Origin: a virus | Taxonomy: Duplodnaviria > Caudoviricetes | Strand: one strand, 5' to 3' | Length of the DNA: 64,000 bases | Virus record (IMG/VR): IMGVR_UViG_3300001336_000005 | Span: 7,034 to 71,033 of that record | Shown here: piece after piece, positions 26,922 through 36,799 of the stretch | How the letters are laid out: each line of letters starts with the position of its first letter | Numbering within the stretch: the stretch's first letter is position 1 | Made by a program: the position numbers and the translations under genes | Notes under the pieces: model-generated | Told to the model about the DNA's origin: nothing | Database searches by the model: none | Seen by the model: only the letters and a program-made list of their open reading frames with translations

Positions 26922-27917
26922 TTAAACCTCTTTATCTACCTTATGAAATAACTTTAAAAGTTTTTCCTTGTCTAAAACTTTGTTTTCTATTTTAAACTCT
27001 TGTTCTGTTATATACTCTTCTAGCATCTCTTTTAATGAATTATTTATATCTATTTTTATTTCTTTTGTGTTCTTTTCTTCTTCATTAGATATAAATTGTT
27101 GCTTTACTTCTAAAGCACCGTTTTCATATAATAAATGTTTTATTTTTATAAAATCTTCAACTTTTTTATCAATATTTACTTTAATAAAGCAATTTTGTAT
27201 TTCGGATTTATTTATTCCTTTTTCAAGCTCTTTTATATCAATTATTTTATATTTTGGAGCTTCATCATATTCTACAAATTCATAAGAATTTTCATCTAAA
27301 TCAAAAACAACAAATCCTTTTTTTGTGTTTCTTTCTCCATAACTTAATTGGTAAGGAGACCCGTGATAACAAATATTTTTTTTATTTTGAAATCTATGAA
27401 AATGTCCAGAGAAAACTCTTTTATAGTTTTCAAAAAGATCTATTTTAAACGCTTTTTTTTCACTTGCCTTAACTTCATTATCAAAAGTAAAATTTGCTAT
27501 AGGTAAATGAGTAATTAAATATTCACCTTGAGTTGGAATGTCAAATTCTGATTGAGTATAAGGAAGCATTGTAATTTCATGTCCTCCAATATTAAAAACT
27601 TCAGATTTTTTTACTACAGTTCCAAATTTAATAAAAACCTCTATCATTGAATCATTTTTATTATTAAATATATCGTGATTTCCTAATATAAAATACATAT
27701 CAAAGCCGTTTTCCTCAAGATCTATGAATTTAAAGAAAAGAGGTAAAAAAGCTTCATTTTTAATTCTTGAAGATTTTTCTAATATATCTCCAGTAAATAC
27801 TATAATATTTATATCATTTTTTTTACAATACTCTTCTAGATTATTAAGATAATCTATACAAATATTTGTATATACTCCTTCTTCAGAGTGTAAATCTCCT
27901 GTAACTATTATTTTCAT
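26922..27917 (-). CDS. gp47/SbcD/Mre11 nuclease subunit
   Basis: GDLH, GDI, GNHD, THLP, SGHFH, GSPYQ. Confidence 0.94.
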   Translation of the reverse strand: MKIIVTGDLHSEEGVYTNICIDYLNNLEEYCKKNDINIIVFTGDILEKSSRIKNEAFLPLFFKFIDLEENGFDMYFILGNHDIFNNKNDSMIEVFIKFGTVVKKSEVFNIGGHEITMLPYTQSEFDIPTQGEYLITHLPIANFTFDNEVKASEKKAFKIDLFENYKRVFSGHFHRFQNKKNICYHGSPYQLSYGERNTKKGFVVFDLDENSYEFVEYDEAPKYKIIDIKELEKGINKSEIQNCFIKVNIDKKVEDFIKIKHLLYENGALEVKQQFISNEEEKNTKEIKIDINNSLKEMLEEYITEQEFKIENKVLDKEKLLKLFHKVDKEV

Positions 27918-27920
27918 TAA

Positions 27921-28151
27921 TTACCAATCCTTCTTTTCTTCTATTGAAATAACTGGAACTCTTGGGTAGTCTCCATTATTTTCATAATATATAGAACCTT
28001 GATATTCATCAAGTGGTTCTATACAAGCTTCTTTTACTTCTAATATTTCATTATACATAACTCCATCGCTAAAAACAATTGGTTTATAAACATCATCACC
28101 TTTTATTTCTGACAATTGTTCTATAAGTTGCTTCACATTCATATAATTCAC
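27921..28151 (-). CDS. Hypothetical protein
   Basis: 76-aa ORF with its own sigma70 promoter at 28163-28191. Confidence 0.6.
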   Translation of the reverse strand: MNYMNVKQLIEQLSEIKGDDVYKPIVFSDGVMYNEILEVKEACIEPLDEYQGSIYYENNGDYPRVPVISIEEKKDW

Positions 28152-28162
28152 CTTTTATTTTA

Positions 28163-28191
28163 ATAATACTAAAAATCTTATTTTTTGTCAA
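28163..28191 (-). promoter_or_regulatory. Sigma70 promoter for the gp47/gp46 operon
   Basis: TTGACA-17-TATTAT. Confidence 0.75.
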
Positions 28192-28717
28192 TATTTATCT
28201 CTACTAAGTTATTTAGATTGCCTATAGGTAAAATACTATATAAATTATTTTTTTTAATTTCTTCGTTAATATTTATTTTTTCTTTACCTATCAGTACTGG
28301 TTTAAAATTTTTATAGTTCCATGATTTTACTAATTCATTATTATAAGAATTATTATAAGAATTAGTATAAGAATTACTATATCTATAGAAAGAGGATGGG
28401 ATTATTTTTTTTAATTTCCATACTTTACAATAGTTTTTCCAATTCATACCAGAATGAAATTTTTTTTCTATTTCATTCTTTAATATATTTAAGTCATAGC
28501 CTACTATTTTTTCACAATATAAAATTTTGTTGTTTTTTAAGCTTCTTCTAATTGAGGAAGATAAATTTCTATCTATTTTCCTATTAGGGAAAACAGCTCT
28601 TTTATTTTTTTTTAAACAGTTTTTGCATATATTTTTGACTCCAAATTTTTTTTGTAAGTCTTTGTGAAAATTATTTATCTCAAGATTTTTCTTGCAAACT
28701 TTACATACTTTAGTCAT
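28178..28717 (-). CDS. HNH-endonuclease-derived protein, apparently catalytically dead
   Basis: CxxC...CxxC N-terminus and GMNWKNY..W....IIP.S.F...NF.P scaffold, but WKLKKIIP where active members have WHIDHIIP. Confidence 0.6.
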   Translation of the reverse strand: MTKVCKVCKKNLEINNFHKDLQKKFGVKNICKNCLKKNKRAVFPNRKIDRNLSSSIRRSLKNNKILYCEKIVGYDLNILKNEIEKKFHSGMNWKNYCKVWKLKKIIPSSFYRYSNSYTNSYNNSYNNELVKSWNYKNFKPVLIGKEKININEEIKKNNLYSILPIGNLNNLVEINIDKK

Positions 28718-28722
28718 ATATT

Positions 28723-28802
28723 TTAACTTTACTAAAATCGGATAAAAAATCGGTTAAATCAAAATTACTTTAAAAATAGTATATAAATGTTAGTAAAGTT
28801 AC
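28723..28802. promoter_or_regulatory. Divergent pair of putative late promoters
   Basis: GTAAAGTTAA (-, 28723-28732) and GTAAAGTTAC (+, 28793-28802). Confidence 0.65.
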
Positions 28803-28835
28803 AATAAATAAAGAAACTATTAAGGAGAAAATATA

Positions 28836-29447
28836 ATGGCAATAGATACATTTAGTATAGATTTAACAAACACTAAGGCAGCTACACTTGAGCCAGTTAA
28901 GAAAAATAGATGGATTGTTAAATTTACTTGGGATAATGGTACTATTAACGTAGGTGAAAATTTTAAAGTCAATGTTACTGATACTCACATTAAATCTCTT
29001 GCTTTCGCAGCTCACACAGTAACCGTTCCTTCAATAACATTTAATGCAAATGAATTAAACAGATTAAATGATAGAGTTTGGGTACCTGGAAAATCAACTT
29101 ATAATGATATTAATATAATTTTTTATGATTACATTAAAACCCCTAATGAAACTTACGATTCAGCAACAGAAATTTTACATAACTGGTCTAGACTATTTTA
29201 CGATCCAGCTACAGGACAAGCTCAGTTAAAACAAGATGCTATAGCAAGTGTGCAAATTATTCAACTAAGCGGTTCTGGTAAGTCAGTAAGACAGTGGAAT
29301 TTACACAATGTGTTTCCTCTTTCAATTGATTTTGGGGGAAGCTTATCTTACGCAGATGATACGCCTTCTGAAGTAAATTTAACTATTAAATATGATTGGT
29401 ATGACTTAAGTGGTGGTAAAACAATAGAATCATCAGCAACCAGTTAA
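28836..29447 (+). CDS. T4 gp19-like tail tube protein
   Basis: NRW.V.F, VTVPSI, PGKSTYNDINI.FYD, W.L.NVFP.SIDFG..LSY, LTIKYDW. Confidence 0.85.
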   Translation: MAIDTFSIDLTNTKAATLEPVKKNRWIVKFTWDNGTINVGENFKVNVTDTHIKSLAFAAHTVTVPSITFNANELNRLNDRVWVPGKSTYNDINIIFYDYIKTPNETYDSATEILHNWSRLFYDPATGQAQLKQDAIASVQIIQLSGSGKSVRQWNLHNVFPLSIDFGGSLSYADDTPSEVNLTIKYDWYDLSGGKTIESSATS

Positions 29448-29487
29448 AAAAACGCCTGTTCGTAGAACAGACGATTATCATATTTCC

Positions 29488-29519
29488 AAACCCTTTCTTT
29501 TTTTGAGAAAGGGTTTTTT
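29488..29519. terminator. Terminator between convergent genes after the tail tube gene
   Basis: AAACCCTTTCT/AGAAAGGGTTT stem plus T-run. Confidence 0.85.
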
Positions 29520-30234
29520 ATTTTTTCTTAACTGTGTAGATATTTGATTTAAGTTTTTTATTAGATATATTAAGTTTTTCCTTTGAAGTTTCTGTATTAA
29601 AATATAATAATATTAACATATATTCATCTTTAACACTTGCTATAAAAAAATTCTCTTTATGATCATAATTTATTGTTATTAAATTCATTATTCCATTATA
29701 TTTTAACATCATTTGTTTTGGCACTAAGATATTAAATATTTTATTTCTATTATTATTCTTTGAAATATATTTATAAAATTCTTTAGATATATTTTCAGCA
29801 AACCTATCATCCATAGCTATTTTAACCATAATTGGCATTTCTTCTTTACATTTTAATACTTTCTTTTTTAAAGAATGATTTATTTTAAGTTCAACTCCAT
29901 AAGTTGCTTTTCTAAACCATTTTTCATAATCAAATTCAAAAGTTACTTTTTCTAATTTTACTTCTTTTACTTTAATATATTCTTTATCTTTTATCGGTAT
30001 ACTTTTTTTAGCAGCATCTTCAAGGGATTTTTTGTCTATTTTATCGCCAAAATATATATCCTTAGGATCTATATTTAATCCTACATAATTTATTGACAAA
30101 ATAATATACATTGCCATAGTTGTTATTTTATAATGAGAAAAAGCAAAGACTAAATTTTCTTTACTTATTTTTATTTGTTCTGGTTTTATTCGTGGCTCTA
30201 TAGTTGTTAATTTACCATCATATATAAAAGACAT
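29518..30234 (-). CDS. Hypothetical protein
   Basis: 238-aa ORF with GAGG SD. Confidence 0.6.
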   Translation of the reverse strand: MSFIYDGKLTTIEPRIKPEQIKISKENLVFAFSHYKITTMAMYIILSINYVGLNIDPKDIYFGDKIDKKSLEDAAKKSIPIKDKEYIKVKEVKLEKVTFEFDYEKWFRKATYGVELKINHSLKKKVLKCKEEMPIMVKIAMDDRFAENISKEFYKYISKNNNRNKIFNILVPKQMMLKYNGIMNLITINYDHKENFFIASVKDEYMLILLYFNTETSKEKLNISNKKLKSNIYTVKKK

Positions 30235-30245
30235 TTTTTCCTCAA

Positions 30246-31697
30246 TTATTCTTCTTGCTCTTGCTCTTGCTCTTGCTCTTGCTCTTGCTCAATTGATTTT
30301 TGTTCTTTCCATTCTTCTGAGGAAATATTTTTAAACATATTATTTGGAGAAGACAATTCTTTTATAGTTACTAAATTATTTATAAGTCTTAGTTGTTTTA
30401 GTTTTTTATAATCTTCTTCTGAAACTATTTTTTTTATTCTTCTTTCAAATTCTTTCATTAAAGCGTCTATTTCTTTTTCTGCGTTTATAATTTTTTCTGA
30501 TTTTTTAGAATACATTACTCCAAAAAAATCATCATCGTTTAACATTTTATTAAAGCTTTTTGAAGTCGCTTCTTTTTCATTAACTCCTGATTTTATTCTA
30601 TAAATTTTCTTTTCTTGATCGTTAAGCATAGTCCCGCTTTTTAATTTAGATATTTTTTCAAAAGATTCTTTTATTCTTTCTCCAATACTTGAAATACTTT
30701 CGTTTAAAATTTCTACATATAATTTAGTATATTTATTACTTTTACCTGGTTTCAGAAGATTCATAGCTTCGTTTCTTAAAAAATACATTCTAAGTTCTTC
30801 TTCAAATTTTCCTGGTTTTTTTATTTTATCTATATTAATAATTCCTTTCGTGCTTGCTCTTAATTCTTCCTTTTCTTCTTTTGTTAATGGAATATTGTTA
30901 TTTATTTTTCTTTTATAAACAGGATTTCTTCTTAATTCTTCATTTCTGTTTATTAAATCAAGAATTTCTCTTCTATCTTCAGGGGTTAAATTATCGCTAT
31001 TAACAATTCTATTCATTCTTTGTTGATTTTGAGTTAATTCTCTAAAAGCTTTGCCTAATCTTTCATTTGAATATTCAACTCCAGAAAGATTATAATATTT
31101 TAAAACTTTATCAATAATGCTTTGTTTAGGCTCTCCTTTTCCGATTTTAAAGTCTTCTACTAATTTTTCAAGATTATTTCTAACATCTTTTAATCTATCT
31201 ATTCTTTTATTTTCATTTGCTATATTTTCATCAACATTATCTAACATCTCAATTTTTTTAGCGCCAGAATTTTCATATTTTTTAAATTCTTCGTGAGTCA
31301 TTCCAAAGACTTCTTTTGATGTTATTTTTTTTGTTGATTTTATTTGTCTTTTTAAAACTTGATAAGGAGCTAAGATTTCTACTCTAAAGTCTTTTATTTC
31401 ACTTATAAGATCTTTTCCGTATTTTTTCTTTAGCTCTCTTATAAATTTTTTTTGTTCTGGAGTAAACTTATAAGTTACATCTACTGATTTTTTTTCTTTT
31501 CTAGCTAATTCTTTTTCTTTTTTTACGGCTCTTTTAGCTTTTCTTGGAATGCCTTTCTTTTTTAGTTTATCTAATATATTTTCTTTCATAGATAAATAAG
31601 CAAATAAAGGAGTTACATACATTCCATACTCAGCCCCTTCTTCTATTATTACATCGCCTATATCTAATTCTTCTGTTAAAAGTTCTTTAAAGTTCAT
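30246..31697 (-). CDS. Large basic coiled-coil protein, putative internal head protein (start ATG 31697)
   Basis: MNFKELLTEE after GAGG SD. The late motif at 31715-31724 lies inside the longer track call. EQ-repeat tail. Confidence 0.65.
   Translation of the reverse strand: MNFKELLTEELDIGDVIIEEGAEYGMYVTPLFAYLSMKENILDKLKKKGIPRKAKRAVKKEKELARKEKKSVDVTYKFTPEQKKFIRELKKKYGKDLISEIKDFRVEILAPYQVLKRQIKSTKKITSKEVFGMTHEEFKKYENSGAKKIEMLDNVDENIANENKRIDRLKDVRNNLEKLVEDFKIGKGEPKQSIIDKVLKYYNLSGVEYSNERLGKAFRELTQNQQRMNRIVNSDNLTPEDRREILDLINRNEELRRNPVYKRKINNNIPLTKEEKEELRASTKGIINIDKIKKPGKFEEELRMYFLRNEAMNLLKPGKSNKYTKLYVEILNESISSIGERIKESFEKISKLKSGTMLNDQEKKIYRIKSGVNEKEATSKSFNKMLNDDDFFGVMYSKKSEKIINAEKEIDALMKEFERRIKKIVSEEDYKKLKQLRLINNLVTIKELSSPNNMFKNISSEEWKEQKSIEQEQEQEQEQEQEE
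30253..30290 (-). repeat. (GAGCAA)n hexamer repeat encoding an EQ tail
   Basis: About six copies of tcttgc on the plus strand. Confidence 0.9.
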
Positions 31698-31731
31698 ATA
31701 GTTTCCTCTTTGTTTTATCTTTACAGTTTTA

Positions 31732-33090
31732 TTAATCAAAAATAAGAGGATTTGCTATTTCGAAACCATTTTTTAAATAAGTTTTTGCTCGCTGCCTTGA
31801 ATGCCTTTCTGTAAATTTGTTATTTTCGTCAAAAAAATCAAAAACTTTTGCTTCAAACTTTCCTTTATCTTTTCTTAAGGCACGACCAAGTTTTTGAACT
31901 GTTTCTATTTTTGATTTTCCTCCAGACGCTATTATTAATACTCTTATAGCATTAATACTAATACCTTCATTAAAAATATTTGATGCTATTATATTTTTAA
32001 TTTTTCCATTTTCAAAATCTTCTATAATTTTTTCTCTCTCACTTACTTCTACACTTCCGTGAACAAATACAGAATCTGGAATAATATCTTCTAAATATTT
32101 TCCGTGTTCTATATTTTTTATTAATATCATAGTAGGTTCTTTATATTCTTGAACTATTTTTAATATTTTTTTATTTCTTTCTGTATTTTGTACTATTGCT
32201 AATAAATTAGCAGAAGACCAATCTAACGTTCTAGGACACCAAATTTGTATGAATTCTATTTTAGGTTTTACTATAACATCATTATCTAATAATTCTTTAG
32301 CCTCTATTGTTTCTCTTATGGGTCCCATAAATTGCTTTATCTTCATAAAATTAAGATCGCTATTACCTTCTGGAGTTGCTGAAAACCCATATCTTAATTT
32401 TATTTTAGTTTTTATTAAAAAATCTTGAAATCTTTTTGCTGAAGCTCTATGTACTTCATCTATAATCAATACATTAAATTTATTTAAATCAGGAACTTTA
32501 TAAACAGAGCCTATTGTTACAACCATATTTTTTTCTATTTTATTTTTTCCAGTCGTAATTATTCCGCATTTTATACCAGCATCTTCTATTCTTTTAGCTG
32601 TTTGTATTCCTAAATTAGAATTATTAACTAAAATTAATGTTTTTAAGTTAGTAATTTTCATTAATCCTATAATTATCTCTGTTTTCCCACTGCTTGTAGT
32701 AGCTTTTATTATACCATTATTTGATTCTTTTAATTTTTTTAGTGCTCTTATTTGATGCTCTACATAATCAAATTTTGGGTTGAAAAAATCTCTATAATTA
32801 TATTCTTTTGTTTGATGTTTAAATTTTTCTCTTTTATCTTCAAAAGAACTAACACTCATGTTGTTTTCTTTTATAAATTCAATAACTTCCTTTGCTATTC
32901 CAGAAAAAAATACTAAGCTGTCTTTAATTTTATGAAAAAATTTTACTTTTTTTATTTTTTTTGGATCAAACCTACCAGATCTATAAGCATCGGATTCATC
33001 ATTAAGAGTGAAATTTTTTTTTAAAATATCTTCTTCTTTTTTTGTTGTTTTTTTTAAAATTAGATAAATATCATTTAATATTATTTCCAT
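31732..33090 (-). CDS. UvsW-like SF2 helicase
   Basis: EHQ, TTSSGKT, IIDEVH, GFSAT, SNIFNEGISI, QKLGRALR. Confidence 0.9.
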   Translation of the reverse strand: MEIILNDIYLILKKTTKKEEDILKKNFTLNDESDAYRSGRFDPKKIKKVKFFHKIKDSLVFFSGIAKEVIEFIKENNMSVSSFEDKREKFKHQTKEYNYRDFFNPKFDYVEHQIRALKKLKESNNGIIKATTSSGKTEIIIGLMKITNLKTLILVNNSNLGIQTAKRIEDAGIKCGIITTGKNKIEKNMVVTIGSVYKVPDLNKFNVLIIDEVHRASAKRFQDFLIKTKIKLRYGFSATPEGNSDLNFMKIKQFMGPIRETIEAKELLDNDVIVKPKIEFIQIWCPRTLDWSSANLLAIVQNTERNKKILKIVQEYKEPTMILIKNIEHGKYLEDIIPDSVFVHGSVEVSEREKIIEDFENGKIKNIIASNIFNEGISINAIRVLIIASGGKSKIETVQKLGRALRKDKGKFEAKVFDFFDENNKFTERHSRQRAKTYLKNGFEIANPLIFD

Positions 33091-33115
33091 AAAAAAATAG
33101 CCCCATATTGGGGCT
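33091..33115 (-). terminator. Terminator after groES
   Basis: AGCCCCA/TGGGGCT stem with a T-run on the minus strand. Confidence 0.75.
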
Positions 33116-33119
33116 TTCC

Positions 33120-33449
33120 TTAGAGTTCGTATTTTCCCCAGACGTCTTCTGGTTTAACTAAAAGATAGGTTTTAATTTCACTACCAATATTATCCGAAAA
33201 CTTCATTGCGTTATATTGATTATAATAAATATAATCTCCTATCGCAAACTCTCTTTCTTTAGCGGCTTCTTCTGCTTTTTTACCAATCTTTAAAACCTTT
33301 GCATGATATTCTATTTTTGAAGGGTTTTTTACTGGATCTTTTTGTTGATTTGGCACAAAAATTCCGCTTTTTGTTTGATTAAAAGCAGATTCTTTTAATT
33401 CTTCAAGCTCCAATAATACCATATCTGCTAATGGTTGAATATTTTTCAT
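33120..33449 (-). CDS. groES: GroES/gp31-like co-chaperonin
   Basis: IQPLADMVLL, TKSGIF, KVLKIG, IGD.IYY, LVKPEDVWG. Confidence 0.85.
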   Translation of the reverse strand: MKNIQPLADMVLLELEELKESAFNQTKSGIFVPNQQKDPVKNPSKIEYHAKVLKIGKKAEEAAKEREFAIGDYIYYNQYNAMKFSDNIGSEIKTYLLVKPEDVWGKYEL

Positions 33450-33459
33450 TAATATCTCC

Positions 33460-34737
33460 TTATTCTTCTAAATCGCGTACTACATTATTTGTAATTTCAT
33501 CTGAATCAAAATCGTCTAACATGTCTTCTATCTCAATTTCTTCAATTTCTTCGTCTTCACTAATTATATCTTCACTTACTTCCATATTTTTAAGTCTTTC
33601 TTCTCTAATTCTAATTTCTGCTTCTTCTAATTTTTTTTGAAATTCATCAATATTTTTTTCTTCATTTTCAACTACTTTTTTCATAAAATCTTTTTTATAA
33701 AAAGTCTTATCTTCCCACATACCTTTAATTATATATCTAGTTTTACCTGTCTTTTCTATAACATCAAAATCTCTAAGAAGTTTAAATAAACCAGAAATTC
33801 TTGAAGGACCAAACATCATATCAAGAGTAAAATAGCACATTCGTTTTTCTGTTCCAAACCTTGATTTTTTTATTAAAGCTTTTACTGTTTTAACAGAACT
33901 TCCGAGAGAACTTTTTCTTCTTTCTTTTTCCTTCTTTTTTTCAGCGTCATTCATTTCTTCTGATTCAGCAGATTCTGATAATGTTATTGTTACCGATGGG
34001 TTGTATACTACATTAACACCACCAGATGAAACAAAAGGAACAAATTCATTACCAATATTTGTATAAACTTTATTAGTAAAAACAAAAGCAGTACTTGTTT
34101 TTTCAAAAGCGTTATCAAAAGCCCTAAAAAATCTTGAAATTTCTTGACTTCTAGAACCCATGTCGTAAACACCTTGCATTTCTCTAAAAGATTGAATATT
34201 AGCAATAGAGTCTAATACTATAAACATATTTACATTTTGCATTTTTTTATTGATGGTTAAATTATCAATTATTTTTTTTACTAACCTCGTAGCACCTTCA
34301 ACATAAATATACTTTTCAGTTTCAAGTTTAGCAGGCATATCTTTATCTGCAACTTCTTCTTTTTTTCCTGTTTTTCTATCTATTCTATAATTACAAAAAG
34401 TATGTGCTTTTAATAACCTAACCTTTCTTAAATCTACTTTAGCAAATTCATATAATTCAGCCGAAGCTCCTCCACCTTCTGTATCTATAATTACACATAA
34501 ATCTATTTTTGGATCTTTCATAGCTGAAGCTACTAATAAAGATTTTCCAGTGCCACTAAGTCCTTCTATAGCAGTAATTCTACCAGCTGGAATACAATAA
34601 CGTAAATTTTTAGAAACAGCATAATTTAAAGCATATACACCAATGTCGTACCAATTTTTAACTTTTGTATCTGTTTTGTGTAAGTCTATAGTTCCATCTG
34701 GCATAATTTTATCTATATCACTTAATTTAACTTCCAT
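33460..34737 (-). CDS. RecA/UvsX-like recombinase
   Basis: IPAGRIT.IEGLSGTGKS, IDTEGG, VLDSIA, FTNKVY, SSGG..V.Y; acidic C-terminal tail. Confidence 0.92.
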   Translation of the reverse strand: MEVKLSDIDKIMPDGTIDLHKTDTKVKNWYDIGVYALNYAVSKNLRYCIPAGRITAIEGLSGTGKSLLVASAMKDPKIDLCVIIDTEGGGASAELYEFAKVDLRKVRLLKAHTFCNYRIDRKTGKKEEVADKDMPAKLETEKYIYVEGATRLVKKIIDNLTINKKMQNVNMFIVLDSIANIQSFREMQGVYDMGSRSQEISRFFRAFDNAFEKTSTAFVFTNKVYTNIGNEFVPFVSSGGVNVVYNPSVTITLSESAESEEMNDAEKKKEKERRKSSLGSSVKTVKALIKKSRFGTEKRMCYFTLDMMFGPSRISGLFKLLRDFDVIEKTGKTRYIIKGMWEDKTFYKKDFMKKVVENEEKNIDEFQKKLEEAEIRIREERLKNMEVSEDIISEDEEIEEIEIEDMLDDFDSDEITNNVVRDLEE

Positions 34738-34754
34738 TTTTTCTCCTAATAAAC

Positions 34755-34778
34755 AGAAAGCAGGCTAGCCTGCTTTCT
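34755..34778 (-). terminator. Hairpin, probable terminator or attenuator between gp32 and recA
   Basis: AGAAAGCAGGC-TA-GCCTGCTTTCT. Confidence 0.6.
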
Positions 34779-34790
34779 TAATTTTAGCTT

Positions 34791-35666
34791 TTAAATACTT
34801 GATAAGTCAAGACCTTCCAGAACATTATTTAAATCATCTTCTAAATTTAATTCTTCAGGAACATCTCCTGATCTTTTAATTCCGAGAGATTCTAATGAAG
34901 AATTAGGGTCTCCTATTGTAGTTGTAGTTTGATTATATTCTGATTTACCAGAGCTAGATTCTCCTTCTAAGAAAATCCTAATATCTTGTTCCATTTCTTC
35001 TGCTGAGACAAAATTTATAGTTTGAGTATAGCTCATTTCGTAAGCATTTTTCAAAACTTCAATAAGTTTATTTTTATCATTAAAAATTGGAGAAATATTA
35101 GGAGAAATATAAGATTCATCATAATTAGTTGTAAGACCTGAGCCTTTCTTTATAATTATAATATCTCTTCCTTCTACTGGGTGAACAATAGAACCGAATT
35201 CACCACTAGTTATTGCTGAAGAAATTTTAGTGAAGATCTTTGGACCTACTTCATAAAATATAGGCTGAGATTCGCCTCCACTTCCATCCTTAGAAACTAT
35301 CCTCAAAACATACCTATCTCTAGCCGATAATTGAGATGCTAATTTACCCTCTGGGCTATCTTTTGATGTGGAAATTTTTCTAAGTTTTTTTGCTTTGATA
35401 CAAGCTGGGCAAGGTTCTGCTTCATGAAAATTTCCTTCATTATCAGTAAATGTCTGGTTAAGGCATTCTCTTGGCTTTCCATCAATCCAATGTGTTCTGT
35501 GTTTATAATAAAAAAGTTTTTCACCAAATTTTTTGGTTAATGGTGGTAGAACCCTTATTGTATTTTTAACTTCTGGTTTTGGCTGCCAATAGTTAGTTCT
35601 TTTAAGGTCCTTTTGGATTTCATCTGCTAAATTGTCAAGATTAAAATCGTCTAATAAATTGCTCAT
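34791..35666 (-). CDS. gp32-like single-stranded DNA-binding protein
   Basis: IRVLPP, HW, C...PCPAC, YEVGPKIF.KI, HPVEGRD..I.K.G...NYDES; acidic tail. Confidence 0.85.
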   Translation of the reverse strand: MSNLLDDFNLDNLADEIQKDLKRTNYWQPKPEVKNTIRVLPPLTKKFGEKLFYYKHRTHWIDGKPRECLNQTFTDNEGNFHEAEPCPACIKAKKLRKISTSKDSPEGKLASQLSARDRYVLRIVSKDGSGGESQPIFYEVGPKIFTKISSAITSGEFGSIVHPVEGRDIIIIKKGSGLTTNYDESYISPNISPIFNDKNKLIEVLKNAYEMSYTQTINFVSAEEMEQDIRIFLEGESSSGKSEYNQTTTTIGDPNSSLESLGIKRSGDVPEELNLEDDLNNVLEGLDLSSI

Positions 35667-35750
35667 TTGTTTCTCCTTTTAAATCCTTTTTGCTATAAAT
35701 GCTTTGTGGATTTTTAAATATTTTTTTATGCAATAGACAATTGCTTATTA

Positions 35751-35779
35751 ATAATACTGTTATTTTATGTTTTTGTCAA
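35751..35779 (-). promoter_or_regulatory. Sigma70 promoter for gp32-recA-groES
   Basis: TTGACA-17-TATTAT. Confidence 0.75.
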
Positions 35780-35787
35780 TTAAGTTT

Positions 35788-35928
35788 CTATATCTCTGCT
35801 AAATTCTCCTCATACTCTTGTAATATTAAATTTAAATAAGCTTTATACTCTGTTATTTCTAGATTCATAACTTCAGTAAGTGAAAAGCCTTTTCTAACTA
35901 AAGCATATCTAGACTTATATAAATCCAT
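35788..35928 (-). CDS. gp51-like baseplate hub assembly catalyst (start ATG 35928)
   Basis: 46 aa, FSLTEVMNL...EY.AYL.L, directly downstream of the gp26-like gene. Confidence 0.65.
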   Translation of the reverse strand: MDLYKSRYALVRKGFSLTEVMNLEITEYKAYLNLILQEYEENLAEI

Positions 35929-35941
35929 AAAATTTACATTA

Positions 35942-36799
35942 TTAAATACGAAAAAAGTCCTCGTTAAAAGGAATGCCCCCTTTGTATTCCGTTCCACACT
36001 CAGGACAGGATACGCCATTAACAATTTCTTCAACTCCATCATCCAAGTCTGTAAGTTTTTTAATTTCTTGTTTATCTAAAGATGGTAGTGCTTCATAAAA
36101 TTCGCTCCAATCACTTTTAGGAACCAACTTTCCTTTATCGTCGGTTACTTTGTATGTTCTTGCTACATAATTTAAAGATATAAAATTACTACTAATTCCT
36201 TTTGATTCTCTATATACTTTTTCTGAGTGATAAACTCTAGGCAAAATTACTTCAACAGTATATTTTGATAAAGGAAGTTTTACAACTATTGGTTCTTTTA
36301 TATCTTTTGGAATAGCTTTAAATTTAATATCTGATATTTTTATTGTATGCTTGTAAATATTTTCACACATTTCATTTGAACATTTAATTTCAAAATCATA
36401 TTCGTTACCATAACTTAATCCACGAAGATAAAATAAAAGATAATTTGAATCAAAAGAAAGTAAGTCTTGAGCATCAATATCTGATTCTATACAGTTATCT
36501 AAAACAATTCTTGTAGCAATTCCTTCTTTTATTAATTTTTTATCTGAAAGAATTCCTTCTTCTTTTACTGTCATAGGTCTTATTAAAATATAGCCTTCAT
36601 TAATATCTGGGTCTTCCGTATTATAAAATCTTCCTTCTGATGGAAGTCTTACTTTAGAAGCTGTTGTAAAAGAGAATTTTGATTTTTTCTTTTTTACTGG
36701 TACTGTATTTTTTTGTTCTTCTAAAACTTTTTTCATCTCTGGATCTTTTTCAAATACTTCAGCATTAGCAAGTTTAGTTAAATCTACTTCGTTATTCAT
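35942..36799 (-). CDS. gp26-like baseplate hub assembly protein
   Basis: V.LPS.G.FY, IRPMTVKEE.IL, D..YLLF.LR..SYG, CxxxxC and CPEC. Confidence 0.8.
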   Translation of the reverse strand: MNNEVDLTKLANAEVFEKDPEMKKVLEEQKNTVPVKKKKSKFSFTTASKVRLPSEGRFYNTEDPDINEGYILIRPMTVKEEGILSDKKLIKEGIATRIVLDNCIESDIDAQDLLSFDSNYLLFYLRGLSYGNEYDFEIKCSNEMCENIYKHTIKISDIKFKAIPKDIKEPIVVKLPLSKYTVEVILPRVYHSEKVYRESKGISSNFISLNYVARTYKVTDDKGKLVPKSDWSEFYEALPSLDKQEIKKLTDLDDGVEEIVNGVSCPECGTEYKGGIPFNEDFFRI

